The notes: a model not told the origin generated them from the sequence alone. Shown: positions 38,456-53,642, counted from the stretch's first letter. The stretch: 64,000 nucleotides of DNA from Eledone cirrhosa (GCA_964016885.1 OZ024751.1:52080001-52144000), one strand, 5' to 3'. A program made the numbers and translations.

Positions 38456-39362
38456 CAGGGTTTACCTCTCAATTTCATCATCATCAATCTCAATTTCGTC
38501 ACTGTCAACTTTAATTTTGTCATCATCCATTTTAATTATATCAATGTTGTAGGATGGAGTGAAGTTTTTTTTTTTATTACAAAGAGTGAGGTACCAACAT
38601 CAGTGAGTATTTATTGCAGAATTGTTAAAGAATGTAAAAACTTTAAAGTTTTACAAAGGATTACAAGTTTTATATAAAAGAAACATTGTTGCTACTTGTA
38701 TTACCATAACTATACATACATTTAAAACTATATAATATTCTGTATAAAGCATCAGTTTAATATTTTATTCATTATTCACATTTCTTAACTCTCTTAATAT
38801 ATTCCTCTTAGACTTTTCTGCCAAAAGATTTTGAAATTCTCTGGCATAACTTATTCTCCTAAGTTAAACTTTCTGGAATCACTTTACACCTCTTGAATGT
38901 GTAATGGAAACTTTTAAGGCATTTATCAACACTTGTTTTTGACACCCCCTCACATTAAAAGACTAATAAAACCATGTCAGACTGCATTTTTAAAGATATC
39001 TAGCATTTTCGTCTACTGAGGTTTGTATAAAGATTTCTATTTCATAAGAAATTTTACTGTTTCGAAAACCTCAATTTTTATGTTCAATACAACCTTGTTT
39101 CTATATTTGTATAATAGTTTGAGCATTCATCCAAGGAATATAGAAGCAGTTTTAGTGGTAGTTATGAGTGTCATCATAACTTGACACTATTACTCTTAAA
39201 TACATTTGAAATTCTTTTCCTCTGGTTGAGCATGATGATGATAAACATTAAATTTAAGTTGACTATAATCATGATGTTGAAATTGAATGTGACAATGAGG
39301 AAATTGTGATTGAAGATGACCAAATTGAGATTGATAATAATGAAATAGAGGTGGAGACCCTG
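38456..39362. mobile_element. Non-autonomous Tc1/mariner-superfamily element with ~90-bp TIRs built of short subrepeats
   Basis: TA|CAGGGT...AATTTCATCATCATCAATCTCAATTT at the left end, its reverse complement at the right end (...ACCCTG|TA). Confidence 0.75.
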
Positions 39363-39625
39363 TAAGTGATTCTAAATGTCCTTAAAACATGTTTACCTGT
39401 GTTCCGGAAAAGAAGAATCTTGCTAAAAAGATAAATAAAAAAAAATAAAAAAAAAAATTCGAGAGTTGGTATCACTCCAACTCACACTCACATATTATGT
39501 ATTGTGATTTTTTTTTTGTAATATTTTTTATTAAACTATTTGCAAATATTGGTTTTGTTTGCTAGTGTCTTACATAACTCTGTTTATACATATTTCTATT
39601 GTTGCATTCATTTACCTATTACTTT

Positions 39626-39660
<35 letters not shown>

Positions 39661-41408
39661 TTTTTTTTTTCAAGAAATAGATTGAAATTTCAGTTCAACA
39701 TATATTATTTGTAATCATGCATAATATAATTCACATATAAGCATTGAGTTCTGAAATAGGTACCACCTGTAGTAATGTGTATTGCTCACCAACTGCCACT
39801 ATGTATATATACTATGTTGTTGTGTATCACCTAGTTAACCTTGATTGGGCAGAGCTATGATCAAAAGCATTCCAGGCATGACTGATCCTGGGCTATGTCC
39901 TCTTTAATAGTTTTATATTGTAGAACTCGGGTTGCTTTTTCAGGCAGTTTAGTATCAAAAGAGTTAAATGAAATTCATTAAAATGCCCTCTTCCTTCGAA
40001 AAGATACTAATTTAAGGGGCTTTTTAAATTTGAGAATCTATACAATAATCGATGTTCAAATCTTTATCTCTCTCTCTCTCTCCCCCTCTCTCTCCCTCTC
40101 TCTCTCTCCCTCTCTCTCCCTCTCTCCCTCTCTCTCTCTCTATATATATATAAATTAATAATCTGAGTTTTATACTGACATTGAGTACTATATATGTATA
40201 TATATATATATAAATAAACATGATGTTATCTCTTTGATGTCTTCTAATTCACGCTGCTCTTACTCATCCAAACATACTACCACCGTTACTGCTACTGCTA
40301 TTGACAGAATATACCCTATATCAAAACATAGCCCCATAATGTCAAGTACTATTCTTATTTCTGAAAATGAATACAAAAAACACAACAACAAAAATAATTA
40401 CCATATTGCTTTATTTAAATATATATATATATTGTTACTACCCATTCCTCTTTGATTCATTCCCTCATTATATTGTTGCCCTCTCCCCCAACCCTCAGAC
40501 CTAAAAAAAATCCCACCCAACCCACCCATCAATCCATTCTTTATCATCTACTCTCATCTTAAAAATGTTTTCACGGCTTCTCTCTCTCTCCAAGAAAGTT
40601 TTGGAGAAAAAAAATATATAATAAAATTTAAAAAAAAAATATAATAATAAAAAAAAGTTAATTAAATGAAATAATTAGCAAAACACATATATATTTCAAT
40701 ATGTGTGTAAATTGTGTTTACTGGGTTGATAAAATAAATGTTTCTGTTTTTTTAAATTTAAAAAAAAAATTATTATTGTTGTTGCTGTTGTGACAACTTC
40801 AAATTAATTTTTTTATGAGGTTTGGGGTAGGGGGTGGGGAATTTCTTGTTCAGTGATGCTTGGACACCCCACTCCCTTCTCTTCGGTTGACCTGGCAATG
40901 CAGTTTTGAGAGTTGAATCATGAACTTAATATTGTTCTTCAAAATCAGATAAACTTTTTAAGTACTTGGGTTTATACATACATATATATAATGTATGTAT
41001 ATATATACATACATATATGTATATATAATGTATGTATATATATATATATGTATATATAATGTATGTATATATATATATATATATACATGTATGTGTATAT
41101 TTATCATCAGTTTGGAATTATTGTTGTTGATTTTAAGCAATGGCAGTTTTTTAAATATATTTTTTTTAAACTTCCATACTGATGGCATTTTTTTGTATTG
41201 ATGTATTTTGTTTTCATTAAATGCACTCATCCCATAACAACTGGTATTGACACAGCCTCTTGTTCCTCCATCACAACAGCTGTTTCTTTCTCTTTTTTTT
41301 AAATTTCTTTTTACTGTTTAATTAGAGAGTGAAGAGCATTTACCATGGTTCTTTTCAGTGCCTCCTAGACTGATGGAAGGGATCCTCAAGTGTATGATAT
41401 GATCTTAA

Positions 41409-41619
41409 CCCTTTAGCATTTAAACCGGACATATCCGGCCAGAATTCTCTCTCTCCTTTCTGTTCAAACCGGCCATAACCAGCTGCTTATACCAATGTTA
41501 AAGTATTGTTCTCAAAATAAATAATATCAAAATCTCATAGATTGATATTATGTGAGGTAAAGTGTTTACTGCAAGAATACAATAGTAAATATAGAGTAAT
41601 GTATTTAAATGCTAAAGGG
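41409..41619 (+). mobile_element. piggyBac-type MITE, family 1
   Basis: Perfect TIRs CCCTTTAGCATTTAAA/TTTAAATGCTAAAGGG with TTAA on both sides. Confidence 0.9.
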
Positions 41620-42241
41620 TTAAGGAAGCGACTGAGTGGGCTCTATTAAAAGGACAATGGTCAGATGGAAATGTTAAACCAACCAAGTGATGGTCTAGGC
41701 CTACCACCCATGATGTAGACATAACATGACCAAATGATTAAAATGTTCGCAAGCCCAGGTTCGATCCCGCTGTGTGACATCTAGGGCAAGTGCTATTTGC
41801 CATAGCCTCGGGTTAACCCATACCCTGTGAATGAAACTGGGTAGATGGGTTGTACTTGCAATTGAAATGAAGGGCCAGCTTTGACACTCAGTGTGGCATG
41901 CTGAATCTTCCTGAGAATTACATTGAAGGTACACGTGTCTGTGGAATACTCAGCCACTTGTTAATTTCCTGAGCAGGCTGTTCCATTGATTGAACATCCA
42001 GAATACTCACTGTCAAAACCGACATTTGTCCATTCCACCACCCATAGTATGGATAGACTTCCCCACTCCATCAACCAGCCTCTCCCCCTCCATCAACCAG
42101 CTCCTCCTCTCCATCAATCAACCTCTCCCTCTCTCCTTTCATTTCACTCATTTTTTTCCTTTTTCTCTGTTTATCATTATTGTTTATTCATATTTTTTCT
42201 TTTCTGTTTCTTAAAATAATTGAAAAATAAAAAAAACAAAC

Positions 42242-42283
<42 letters not shown>

Positions 42284-42613
42284 CATCCAAAGATCTTCCA
42301 AACTCTGTAAGTGATCATTAACTGGAGGTTTTAAGCTTTACTGGCAAGTTTTGTGGGGGTTGAGAAACAACCCAGTATGAAATAAAGCATAATTCCCTTT
42401 TTTTAATGAAATAAAAGTAAAAAAAAAAATACAAATTTAATGTTTTTGTGTGTCATTTAAAACTTTTATGATGGAAGGAAGTGTAACGTCCCTGAGTATC
42501 TCCAGGACCTCTCAGACCTTTGGAAGTAAGGGAGGTTTGAAGTTACTTTTTAACTAGAGACCTGACCCAGATGTTTGCAATAGGGGCACCAATGAGCCAG
42601 GTGGCAGTGTTAA

Positions 42614-43293
42614 CCCTTTTGTTAGCATCTTTCCAATATTTTGAAAATAATGAAACATTTGGAAGAATTTAGTAAAATAACTAAAAAATTTTAATGTATA
42701 TTAGCTTAAAATTAACTGCTTCAATGCAGATTTTTGACAATAAAAAATAGATGAACAAGTTGGGCTTATAATATAGAGATATTTTTTTCTGTTTCTTGGG
42801 GCTTATATGCCAAACTGCAACTATTTTTCATAGTGAAAGACCTGCTTTGAAGCAATTAACTTTAACCCGTTAGCATTTACATTACTCTATATTTACTATT
42901 GTATTTTCATGGTAAAATCTTTACCTTACATAATTATCTCACATAATATCGAATCTATGAGATTTTGATATTATTTATTTTGAGAACAATACCTTAACAT
43001 CAGTATGAGCATCCAGTTACAGCTAGTTTGGACAGAAAGAGGTGAGAGAATTCTGGCCAGATATGGCTGGTTTAAATGCTAAAGGGTTAAGCTAACATAC
43101 ATTCAAAATTTGTAATTCCCTCAATACTTCATAAAAATATGATTGTTTATGAAATAAGTAATTTTTTCATTAAGCTGATCTTTGGAATATATCTTAACAA
43201 AGGTTGTTAATGGGAGGTAGCAATTTAAATATGAATACTATGAAACAAGTAGTCTTGTTTCATAAAACCAGGAGCAGTTTGGTATCAGAAGGG
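42614..43293. mobile_element. piggyBac-type MITE, family 2 (older)
   Basis: TTAA|CCCTTTTGTTA ... GGTATCAGAAGGG|TTAA. Related decayed copies lie near 5590, 13410-13600, 28004-28250, 30721-31103 and 36335-36889. Confidence 0.65.
42866..43086 (-). mobile_element. piggyBac-type MITE, family 1, nested in a family 2 element
   Basis: Reverse-orientation copy with TTAA flanks, inside the element at 42614-43293. Confidence 0.85.
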
Positions 43294-44655
43294 TTAAACC
43301 AAATGATAGATGAAGTCTACCACACAAGGAGGCCACAGTAAGATTTCAACTCAGAACAGAAAACCAGCCATCTCATCCAACACCAACAATTCTGCCAATA
43401 TCCACTTCTATGGGCTCATGTGGACAAACGAACCGCTACCAGAGCAAAAGTTAACAATATCGCGAGGAACACTGGGAAACCTTTCTAATAAAATATAATT
43501 GTGTAAAGGCTGTGATGAGGTTTGAGGTTTGGTGATAATGGGTTATGGTAGATGTAGTAGTTATTATGGGAGTGTTTAGGAGTGGTGGCTGTAGCATGTG
43601 CAGAGGATCTGAAACCAGAACAAGATGGCTCTGATCCAATAGATGTATTATGTTACTCTGTATGAAAGCATAGTGCTTCTATTATTCAACTCCAGGTCAG
43701 TTCTGATCCAGCAGACCTATGAGCAAAAGTGTATGAAGTGTGATCATGTTTTTTTTTTCAGGTATATGTTAGCATGGAAAATATGTGTGTATATACATAT
43801 ATATATATATATTTATTAAAATAACAGATTAAAGTTTAAGCAAAGAATCGCTCCTTTCACCCTTAACAGGATCTTCTGGAATTTATCAAGCCTTCTTTGG
43901 ATTTTAGTCTTCACATTTATTATTATTACTATATATATATAGTTCAAGGCGACAACACACAAAGGTACAAAACGTCTTATTAGTTTCACACTTTGTATTG
44001 GAAAGAGGGAAAGAAAGTTCGACGTGTCAGGCTTAAGCCATTCTTCAGGGATACAAAATAGAGACAGAATCACAAAGGAGGAAAATAAATTTATATATAT
44101 ACACACACATACTTATACATGCAAGTGTGGGGTAGAAATTAAAGAAAAGAGGAAACAACATATACTCAAACACGGGTGTGTGTGTGTGTATATATATATA
44201 TACACACATGTATGTATATATACTGAATGCACTGTCTGTTCACTTACACAACCAAAAGTCTAAACGAGGTTTTACATATAAACTGGATGAATGAGTTTAA
44301 GGATACAACCAGCAAAGTTTCTTGGAGCTCAATATTAAAATAAAATATCTTTCAGCAGAGAACATTCATTAGTTCTTTACGTTTGTGATGGAACAAACAG
44401 AAAACAAGTACAATAACAACACCAGGAACAAAAACAATAACAACTACAACAATGACACCAGCAGCAACAACAACAACAAAAAACAAAATGAGAAAAACAG
44501 ACATCACTCTATATGTAAACGCAGAGACCCTGCTCCCCTCCTGTTATAGAAAAACCAGGAAAGGTACACCAGAGAGAAATTGACAGTTATTAGGGCTAAA
44601 TGATTTCAGGTGAAACTTGTCAATTTTATACATATATATATATATATTCATGCAT

Positions 44656-44686
<31 letters not shown>

Positions 44687-45163
44687 CTGGTTGACAATGC
44701 AACATGAAGGCTAAATACTGGCTTATAAAGAAATGTGTATTTGTTTACTGCCCAGTTTGTTTAAAGTGTCATCTCTTCTCATAGACTGGTGAATCCCCCC
44801 CCCCCCATTTGAGTAGTGGCAGCTATATGACGTCACCATCCAATATCCACCGTTCACACCACTGATATCACCACCACCACCACCAGTGACACAACCACTA
44901 CTGTTACTGACATCACTACCTGACACCACCACCACTAATAACCTCCCCACCCTACGAAAAAACTCCACTGAGATAACCACAACCATTACCAATACTATCA
45001 CCACCAACATCACAGCCACCAACACCATCACAACCACCACCAACATCATCACTACCATGACCCTCACCCCCACTAATGTCACCATCAAAGGTTGAAACAG
45101 GTTCGAAAAAATATTTACCTGGAATTTTTGTTTCTTTTCTTTTCTTTTCTTTCACTCCCCTTC

Positions 45164-45209
<46 letters not shown>

Positions 45210-46524
45210 TTCACTGCCTCCCCAACCTGGTTGAGGACACAAGTGCCCTAATGTCAAAAATGGTAGTGTTGGTGCCACGATAAAATGCACCCAGTTGACC
45301 CTGTTAGATGGTAGGGCCACAATAAAATGCACCCAGTATATGCAGTTGTTGGCATTAGGAAGGGTATCCAGCCATAATAAATGAGTCTTGTTACTCTGGA
45401 GTTTCAAATATATATAAACAGCACAAATAGAAGAATGAACCCCCCCCCCCCACCTTGTGAATTGTCTCTCTGTTGACCACTGGTCTCTGTCCTCTGAAGC
45501 ATTTTTGCACATCGCTGTCTTTGACAGCATTTAGCTGTTTTAACGGCTATTCTAGCAACGAGTTTTCTCATTTTAATATGTATTCAAATACACTCTTGCT
45601 TCATCTCAATCAGAGATAACATTGTTTTAAACATATATATATATACACACATGCTTCCTTGCAGTTTCTGTTTAACAATTTTACTCAAGAGGCATTGGTC
45701 GGCCTGGCTATAGTAGAAGACACTTGTCCCAGGTACGACATGGTGAAATAGAATACACACATACACACACGCTGTGTAAGTTTTTGTCACCCTGACCTAT
45801 TACTCATAATACAGAAATTCCCTTCAAAGGCCTCTTTTACATTGTTTAAACAAACTTCAAAACAGAGGATTTTAACGAGCCAAAAAGTTATATATTTTCT
45901 CTATTGAGGTTAATTAATTAGAAAACAAATTTTTTTCTCTTTATAGAATAGTATTAAATTATATACCTTCCAGCTAATTATATCAAATGAACGATGAAGA
46001 TAATTAAATTTCAGATTCAGAATAATCCAGTTATCTGAAAAATCTATTTAAGACTTAATATGTAACAGTTTTACAAGAAATATTGAATAGCACCCCACAC
46101 ACACAAACATACACAGAGACACACAGCCGCATACACACAAACATATGCAGAGACAGAGAGAGAGAAACAGACAGACACACAAACAGAGATACATACATAG
46201 AACAAAACACACAATGACACAGATAAACACATATAACCAATACATACACATACAGATACACATATACAAATACAGACACACACTTCCACAGACACAAGAC
46301 AACACAAGAACCTTTATTCTTGACTTGCTATAATTAGAAGCCAAAGCTCCTTCAAATCATTATCCTTCAATCTTAAAACTGGCTGAATATACTGTATAAG
46401 TAAGTAGATATCATCTGTCAAGCTTGCAGATTATGAAGAGAACCTGTTGCAGATGATGATCATAAAAGCTCCTTTCATATCATCATAATTACATCTTATT
46501 TTCCATGCTTTACATGGGTTAGAT

Positions 46525-47205
46525 CAGAGGTTCTCAAAGTGGACTCTACTGCCCCCTGGTGGGTGTTGAGACGGTCTAAGGTGGTGCTGGGGCCTAAAGA
46601 AGGGAGGGGTAGAGATAATATAATAGTATATTAAATATCAAATGATAAATATTATATAATAAAATAAAAAATCTATATTTATTTATACATTGTATCATCA
46701 TCATCAACATCATTGTTTAACATCCATTTTTCCTGCTAACATGGATTATTAGACGAGTATTCCCATTGTGAGACATCCAGGTCGGGGGACTGTGATTTGC
46801 TCATACAGAACTGATTTCAGTTTGGTTTCTAAAGCTTGATGCCTTCCTAATGCCAACCACATTTACAGTTTGTAATGAAAAACACAGAGAGACAAAAACA
46901 ATTAGTCTTATTAATTTTATACACTTAATATAGTATATATTATATTATTTATTGTTCAAATCCCACCGAAGTTAACTTTGCTTTTCATCCTTATGGGGTC
47001 GATAAAATAAAGTACCAGTAATGCACTGGGTAATTGCTGGCCTTGTGCCAAAAGTAGAAACAATTTTGTGTATAAATTAACAATTTTATTTATATATTAT
47101 TTACAATTTACATGTAGGCAGGTCTCTCTGGAAATAGGGGTGGGGGTACTGAGGGTATTACATGGCCACGAGGGTGACGGTAGCCCAAAGGTTTGAGAAC
47201 CTCTG
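46525..47205. mobile_element. hAT MITE with perfect 14-bp TIRs and 8-bp TSD, containing nested SINE fragments
   Basis: GGTTAGAT|CAGAGGTTCTCAAA ... TTTGAGAACCTCTG|GGTTAGAT. Confidence 0.92.
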
Positions 47206-47213
47206 GGTTAGAT

Positions 47214-47520
47214 GAATTCTCTCAAGTACTGCTTCCATCCACTTTTCTCTTTCCTGTGTTATCTCCCCTGTGAGATTCAACATTCTGAGATTGGCCTCAC
47301 CACCTCTATCTACTCCATATCTTCCTTGGTCTTCTTCTTCCATAGATTCCTTCTTTTTGTAACTCCTAGCACTTCTTCATTAAATGTGCATCATCCATAC
47401 ATATCATGTTCCAACATAGCCTTCTTTCCTTCTCCCTTACTGCATGCTACTTCTGATTCCTGTTATACCCAGGTTTTCTCTCAACTCATTTGTTCTTTGT
47501 TGTTCATGCATGCTGATGTG
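47214..47520 (-). mobile_element. RTE-clade LINE 3' fragment
   Basis: Minus strand shows ELRENLGITGI and GRRRPRKIW-like segments. Its tail continues on the other side of the hAT MITE (46480-46524). Confidence 0.7.
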
Positions 47521-48439
47521 GCATCTTGAGCTAGTGTCTTCTACTATAGCCTATGGTTGACTGGTGCCTTGTCAGTGAATTTAGTAAAAGGAAACTGAGG
47601 AAGCCTGTCTTATATGAGAGTGTCCCATAACTTAGTGGTTTGACAAACAGAGATTGATAAAATATCAAACTTGAAAAATAATATTGAGTACTAGGGTTGA
47701 CATGATCAATTAAACCCTTTCATGGTAGTGTCCCAGCAGGACTGCAGTCGAATGAAAAATAATTCATAAATAAAAGAATTTTGTTACGTAATTTTATTTA
47801 TGGAATATATCATGTAAATACAGTTTAATAGCAAAAGAAAAAAGAAAATTTAGATTGAGAAGAATGGAATGGAAAATAGGAAAATATAAGGAAAAAAGAG
47901 AAAAAGAAAAAAATGGAAAAGGAGGGGAATGGCAAGGACTCTAGTGTCACAGAAGAATGTGGAAGTAGGGATGATTGGGCTTTGGGCCTAGGGTGCAACG
48001 GTGAAGGGGGTGTGCCTCCACAGACAATGGCCAGTGACACCCGCTGTAATGGCATAAAGAAAGTTATGAGGACACAAAGTTTTATGTATGGGAGTAAATG
48101 GAGAGAGTGAGAACTGACTAAATTGTAGCTAGGCCTGAACACCATGAAATCTATTATTTCAATATTGTAAGTAAGTAACAGTCAACTGGTTATATATATA
48201 TATAGAGAGAGAGAGGAAGAAAGAGCAGGAGAGATAGAGAGAGGGTGGAGGATTGAGGAAGAAAAATCTCTCTTTGACATTCTGTAGATAAGACTTTAGG
48301 GTCAAGGGTGACAGTTGTGGGTGTTATTTCAAGAAAAGAGAAATTAACAGCTAAAGTGTGTGTGTTAGTAGAAGAGTGGCGGCAGAAGTCTTAGTGTTGG
48401 GGCAGCACATGTTACATATAACAGTTATTTGGAATAGCA

Positions 48440-48600
48440 GTGGTACTATTACACAGTAGAACAAGGGTTCTATAATACAGTAGAACAAGGGTACAATAAC
48501 AGTAGAACAGGGGTTCGATAACGCAGTAGAACAGGGGTACAATAACACAGTAGAACAAGGGTACAATAACAGTAGAACAGGGGTACTATAACACAGAATA
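48440..48600 (+). repeat. Minisatellite, 22-24-bp unit
   Basis: CAGTAGAACA(A/G)GGGTACAATAA(CA) about six times. Confidence 0.9.
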
Positions 48601-49420
48601 TCAGTAGAAATGTACTTAACCCTACCACTATCATATTTCTAATTATAAAAAGCACTGCATATAATTTTCAAAACATTTTGGAAGGATTTAGTAATATAAC
48701 TAACTTTCTCATTATTGTAACTTAACATAAAATTATGATGGAAGACTTTTAGATAAATATAAACACCCTAGAACAGGCGGCAAATTGAACGTCAAATAGA
48801 CTGCTTTGCAGTATCCATTCCGACTCTCTGCGTTCAATATTTAGCATTTAAACTGGCCATACCCATCCAGAATTCTCTCACCTCTGTTCAAATCGGCCAT
48901 AACTGGCCACTCATACTGATGTTAAGGTATTGTTCTCAAAATAAATAATACCAAAATGTCATAGATTTGATATTGTGAGATAATTATGTGAGATAAAGCC
49001 TTTACAGCTGTCAGCCCCTACCGCATTCCCTAAGTCACCCCTGCTCAATATAATATTACATATGTGAAACCCCACTGTTTGTGTATATTGTATGTTTTCC
49101 CTCAACTGTATTTTTCACATTCATAATCAGTGTCATTACATTCCCTCTATTCCTCTTTACTCCCACTTCACTCTCATGCTTTGGCTGTTCTTTCTAAACC
49201 GACCTTCACCCCACTACCACCACCACCACTACCACTCTTGTTGCAACTGCCATGTTCCATTGTCATTCTTTAGCTACACCTCACACAGCTAGATTCAGGC
49301 ACACACGAGCATACACACGGACACATACACACAAACATATGTCTCTCTCTATATATAATATGTGTGTGTATGTGTGTATATATATATAATATGCGTGTGT
49401 GTGTATATATATATATATAC

Positions 49421-49790
49421 AGCTACTACCACTGCTAACTATAAAAGGTTTTCCCCACAAAATGAAGGGCAGAGTGTATAATGCATATGAACAGCAATGT
49501 TGCATAGTAGTGAGACCTGACTCCTGTGCTGTATGCAGAGGGCCTACGAAGATCAGAAAGAAATTAAGCCTGCATGCTTCAATGGATATGTAATAGTAAT
49601 ATATATGAATAGCAAAGTGTAAATGAACTGAGAGAGAAACTGGGCATAAGAGGTATCATATACAGTGTTCAAGAGAGCAGATTGTGTTGGTATGGCCATG
49701 TGATACTTGTGAAGGATGACAGCTGTATAAAAAGGTGCAAGGCGATTGAAGTTGACGAGAGCTATGGAGTAGGAAGACCTGAGATGAGGG
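49421..49790 (+). mobile_element. RTE-clade LINE fragment
   Basis: LLPLLTIKGFPHKMKGRVYNA...ELREKLGIRGI..SVQE..L.WYGHV. Confidence 0.75.
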
Positions 49791-50731
49791 GATAAAAGCT
49801 GACCTTGTACAATTGTACCTCTCAAGGGCGATGATACGGGATCGAGATCTTTGGTGTTATACAGTAATACAGAAGACCCGCCTTCCCATGTGTACAAAAT
49901 GAAATCAAACAAACGTGTAGAGGACACAATATTCTGCACCAATCTTCTCTTCCCTTCACCATTCACCCTCCTCAATCTTAATTCCCCAGCCCTCATCAGC
50001 TAAATATCCCACACACCTTATCAATAATCGAACTTGCTTACATGTCCCCCCCTTCAAACCCTCACCCCTGATACACCTTGTCTTCCCAACCCATGCATAC
50101 AGGAATGAAAGCTTAATCTGCTCTACATTTGACCCCCCACAATACTGTTACCATGACAAAAATCACTGTGCATGTATGTGTGTGTGAGTGGCTGTGTGTG
50201 TGTGTGTTTCTCTCTGAGTGTGTGTGCATGGGTGCGTGTGTGTATACATTCAGTTTTATAACCCAGGATGTGTTTGTGCATGCACCTGTATCTCTTGCCA
50301 ACTGAGTGGAAAACTGGTTTCTAATCTTTTCATTATCCATTCATTTAAATGAATTTTCTTGCAAATCCACCACTGTAATTATTCGCCTCCTAGGTTCTTA
50401 TATGAGAATAATAATTGGAACAGAGATTATGTTTACACTCTAGAGTATATGTGAATATTGTGTTGGAAATTTTGAATTAGCTGATGGATGCTTAGTACTG
50501 CTGCTTCTTTCACCTGTTGATTTTATTGTTGATTTTATTGGAGTTATCTCCCTTTTGTTTTGTTTCGTTTGTTTTTTTTATACATTTTAAACATATTTAG
50601 ATGGAGTTCTTGTCTCCTGAATGATCTGAATTAATCGAAGTTTTCCAACTCATATCATATTAGGGAGATTATCATGTAAATAGATTTGTGGACAGATGTA
50701 GATAGATTGGTAGAGTGAAAAAAGGGAAGTG

Positions 50732-50770
<39 letters not shown>

Positions 50771-50839
50771 TATATCTATCTACAAGATGTCCCCCCAGCA
50801 TTCTAATAAATATGTATATACATTTTTGGGACCCCTGTG

Positions 50840-50890
<51 letters not shown>

Positions 50891-51109
50891 GTGTTATGTA
50901 GGTAGGTAATTTAAGTATGTATGTAGATTGGTAACTGTAGATAGATTGGTTGAGATGAAAGGGTAAGTATTATATAGGTAGCTTGGTGAGATGTGCACTG
51001 CCAAGCATTTCTAAGGCCCATTGACTGGCTGCACCTGTTACAGGAACCTGATTGACTGATTGATTAATATATAGGTAGATAGAGAGGTAGATAGACAGAT
51101 AGGTGTATA

Positions 51110-51151
<42 letters not shown>

Positions 51152-51220
51152 CACACACATACAGGGTGTCCCAATACACACTTCAACAACATTCTAATAT
51201 GTGTGTAAATGTTTTTGGGA

Positions 51221-51263
<43 letters not shown>

Positions 51264-51309
51264 AAAGGTAAACAGAAATAACAACAGAATCGGTACAGTA
51301 TGTAAATAA

Positions 51310-51650
51310 TAATAATGAAATTATTGTGTAAAGTGCTCAGGTGCACTACAACTCGTCAAAGGTGCATGTATAGTACATAGAATAATACACAAATGTCAGG
51401 GAAGTGAATAGTGTATGAGTCATGGTATACACGTGTGTATGTGTATGGAGGGGGAACATTAGCTGTAGTGTTGGCAAATCTCGGGAAGCATGGAGGCCTT
51501 AAAGGATGCAGTGTCTCGACAGCTAACAACTGATGAAGGTAGTTTGTTCCATGCTTCAGCAACTCTGAGCGTGAAAAAATGTTTCCGAAAGTCATGGGAA
51601 CTGTGCTGTTTTCTGACTTTGTGGGCATGTCCACGTGTGTTAGACACATA
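51310..51650 (-). mobile_element. CR1-clade LINE 3' end
   Basis: TRGHAHKVRKQHSSHDFRKHFFTLRVAEAWNKLPSSVVSCRDTASFK is the characteristic CR1 ORF2 C-terminus, followed by 3' UTR and an (ATT)n tail. Confidence 0.85.
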
Positions 51651-51905
51651 GAGGGATATATTAGGTGAACATCTGATATAGCAGGAAGAGGGTCTTAAAT
51701 ACATAATATTTACATCATCAACATCATCGTTTAACGTCTATTTTCCATGCTAGCTTGGGTTAGACGGGTTGTCCCATTTGAGGCATGTCAGGTGACTGTG
51801 TCTTACTCATACAGAACTACTTCTGGGTTGGTTTCTTTAACTGGATGCCCTTCCTAACGTCAACCACATTTAGAGAGAGAGAGAGAGCGAGAGAGAGAGA
51901 GACCA

Positions 51906-51938
<33 letters not shown>

Positions 51939-52264
51939 GAGAGAGGTAAAGAGAAATGTATTATAGTGGTAGGTAAATTAAGTATGTATGTAGATTGCTA
52001 GCTGTAGATAGATAGATTGTTTGAGGGAAAAGGAAGTGTTGTTAAATATATTGGTAGAGATAGTTAGATTTAGATAGGTTGATAAGGTATGTTTGTAAGG
52101 TAGGTAGGTAACTAAAGGTAAGCTATACGACTAGGCAGATAGGAAGGTGGCTAGATATATAGTTGTATATATCTATAGGTATACACACTTTGATTACCTG
52201 TACAGGCAATATTTATTAGAATGCTGTTGAAGTGTGTATACATTTTGTGGGGACACTGTGTATG

Positions 52265-52316
<52 letters not shown>

Positions 52317-52832
52317 AGGTGGTGGTGGTGAGGAGAAAGCGAAGTGGTTGGGAGGTGATTGAAGAAAACTGAGAAGAAACGGAAACAGAAAGGAAGGGTG
52401 GGGGGATTGAAAGAGATGAGAAGCTGAAGGGATCGACATTCAGATAAAGGTTGACAGAGAGGGAGAGGAAAGGAGAATTAGAGGTAAAGAAGGGGAGGAG
52501 ACGAAATATAATAGATGACAACGGCATAGAGTGAGACAGAGAAAAAGAGAGTAAAAGACATAGAGAGAGGGAAAAGAGATATATCAACTACAGTGAGTGA
52601 GAAAAATGATGAGAGAAAGTAGGAAAGGTAGAGAGGGTGGCAGAGAGAGGGATCCATAAGATGGAGGCAACGAAGATTAGAAAGAAGGACCAACAGTGTA
52701 GGAAAGGATGAAAAGAAAGGCTCACAAATAAAATGAGAGATCATCTCTGACAATTGGTTTCTTTTATTTATCACTTCTGTTTTATTTTTATTTCTCTCTG
52801 TCTCACTCTCATCTCTATAATATGTATATATA

Positions 52833-52929
52833 CAGGGTGTCCCCCCCAAATATATACTTCAACAGCATTCTAATAAATATTGCCTGCACAGGTAATCAAA
52901 GTGTGTATACATTTTTGGGGGACACCCTG
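52833..52929. mobile_element. ~97-bp Tc1/mariner-type MITE; related partial copies near 50785-50837, 51162-51224 and 52180-52258
   Basis: TA|CAGGGTGTCCCCC ... GGGGGACACCCTG; shared core TTCAACAGCATTCTAATAAATA. Confidence 0.75.
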
Positions 52930-53375
52930 TGTATATATATATATGTATGCCTGATATGTGAGACGCTATAAGAGACATTGAAGCAGTTGCAATAATTAAA
53001 GAATACAAAGAGAGGAGGGAGGGGGGATAGAGCACGATAGAAAGAAAAGGGTAGAGAAAGAGAAGAGAAACTATGAGGTGGACATGACAACATGACAACC
53101 GTTGCAATCAGAATGGCAGCGGAAAATGACAGAGGTAGATATCGCCCTCACAACGAAAGAGACAGCAACATATATAATATATACATATTCTATATTACAT
53201 ATATACATATATATATTTATATATAAATATGGGCGTGTGTGTGCGGGTGTGTATGTGTGAGCGAGAGAGAGAGAGAGGTAAACATGATAATTGTTTCTGA
53301 TCGAAAGAGAGAGATGGATAAACAGAAGGAAACGACAGATAGATTAAATAGATAGATAGATACATAGATAGAGAG

Positions 53376-53444
<69 letters not shown>

Positions 53445-53642
53445 CGAAGATAGAGATAAAGCGTGGGAGAGAAAAATAGAGAGGTGAGGGACAAATTGAG
53501 AGAGTCAAAGAGAGGGGTAAGTGTAGAGAAAAAAAGAATAGAAAATAGAGAGAGGAAAAGAGTGAACGATAGAGAGAGAGAGAAAAGAGGGAGTGGGAAA
53601 GACACAAATAAATATATAGAAAGAGATGATGAGAGAAGGTAA

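Larger units (their letters stand above)
35766..42430 (+). other. Probable MOB3 3' UTR / downstream region with several candidate poly(A) signals; true end unknown
   Basis: Follows the stop codon. AATAAA occurs near 35918, 36644, 40733 and 42409; the last two are followed by U/GU-rich sequence. Confidence 0.4.
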
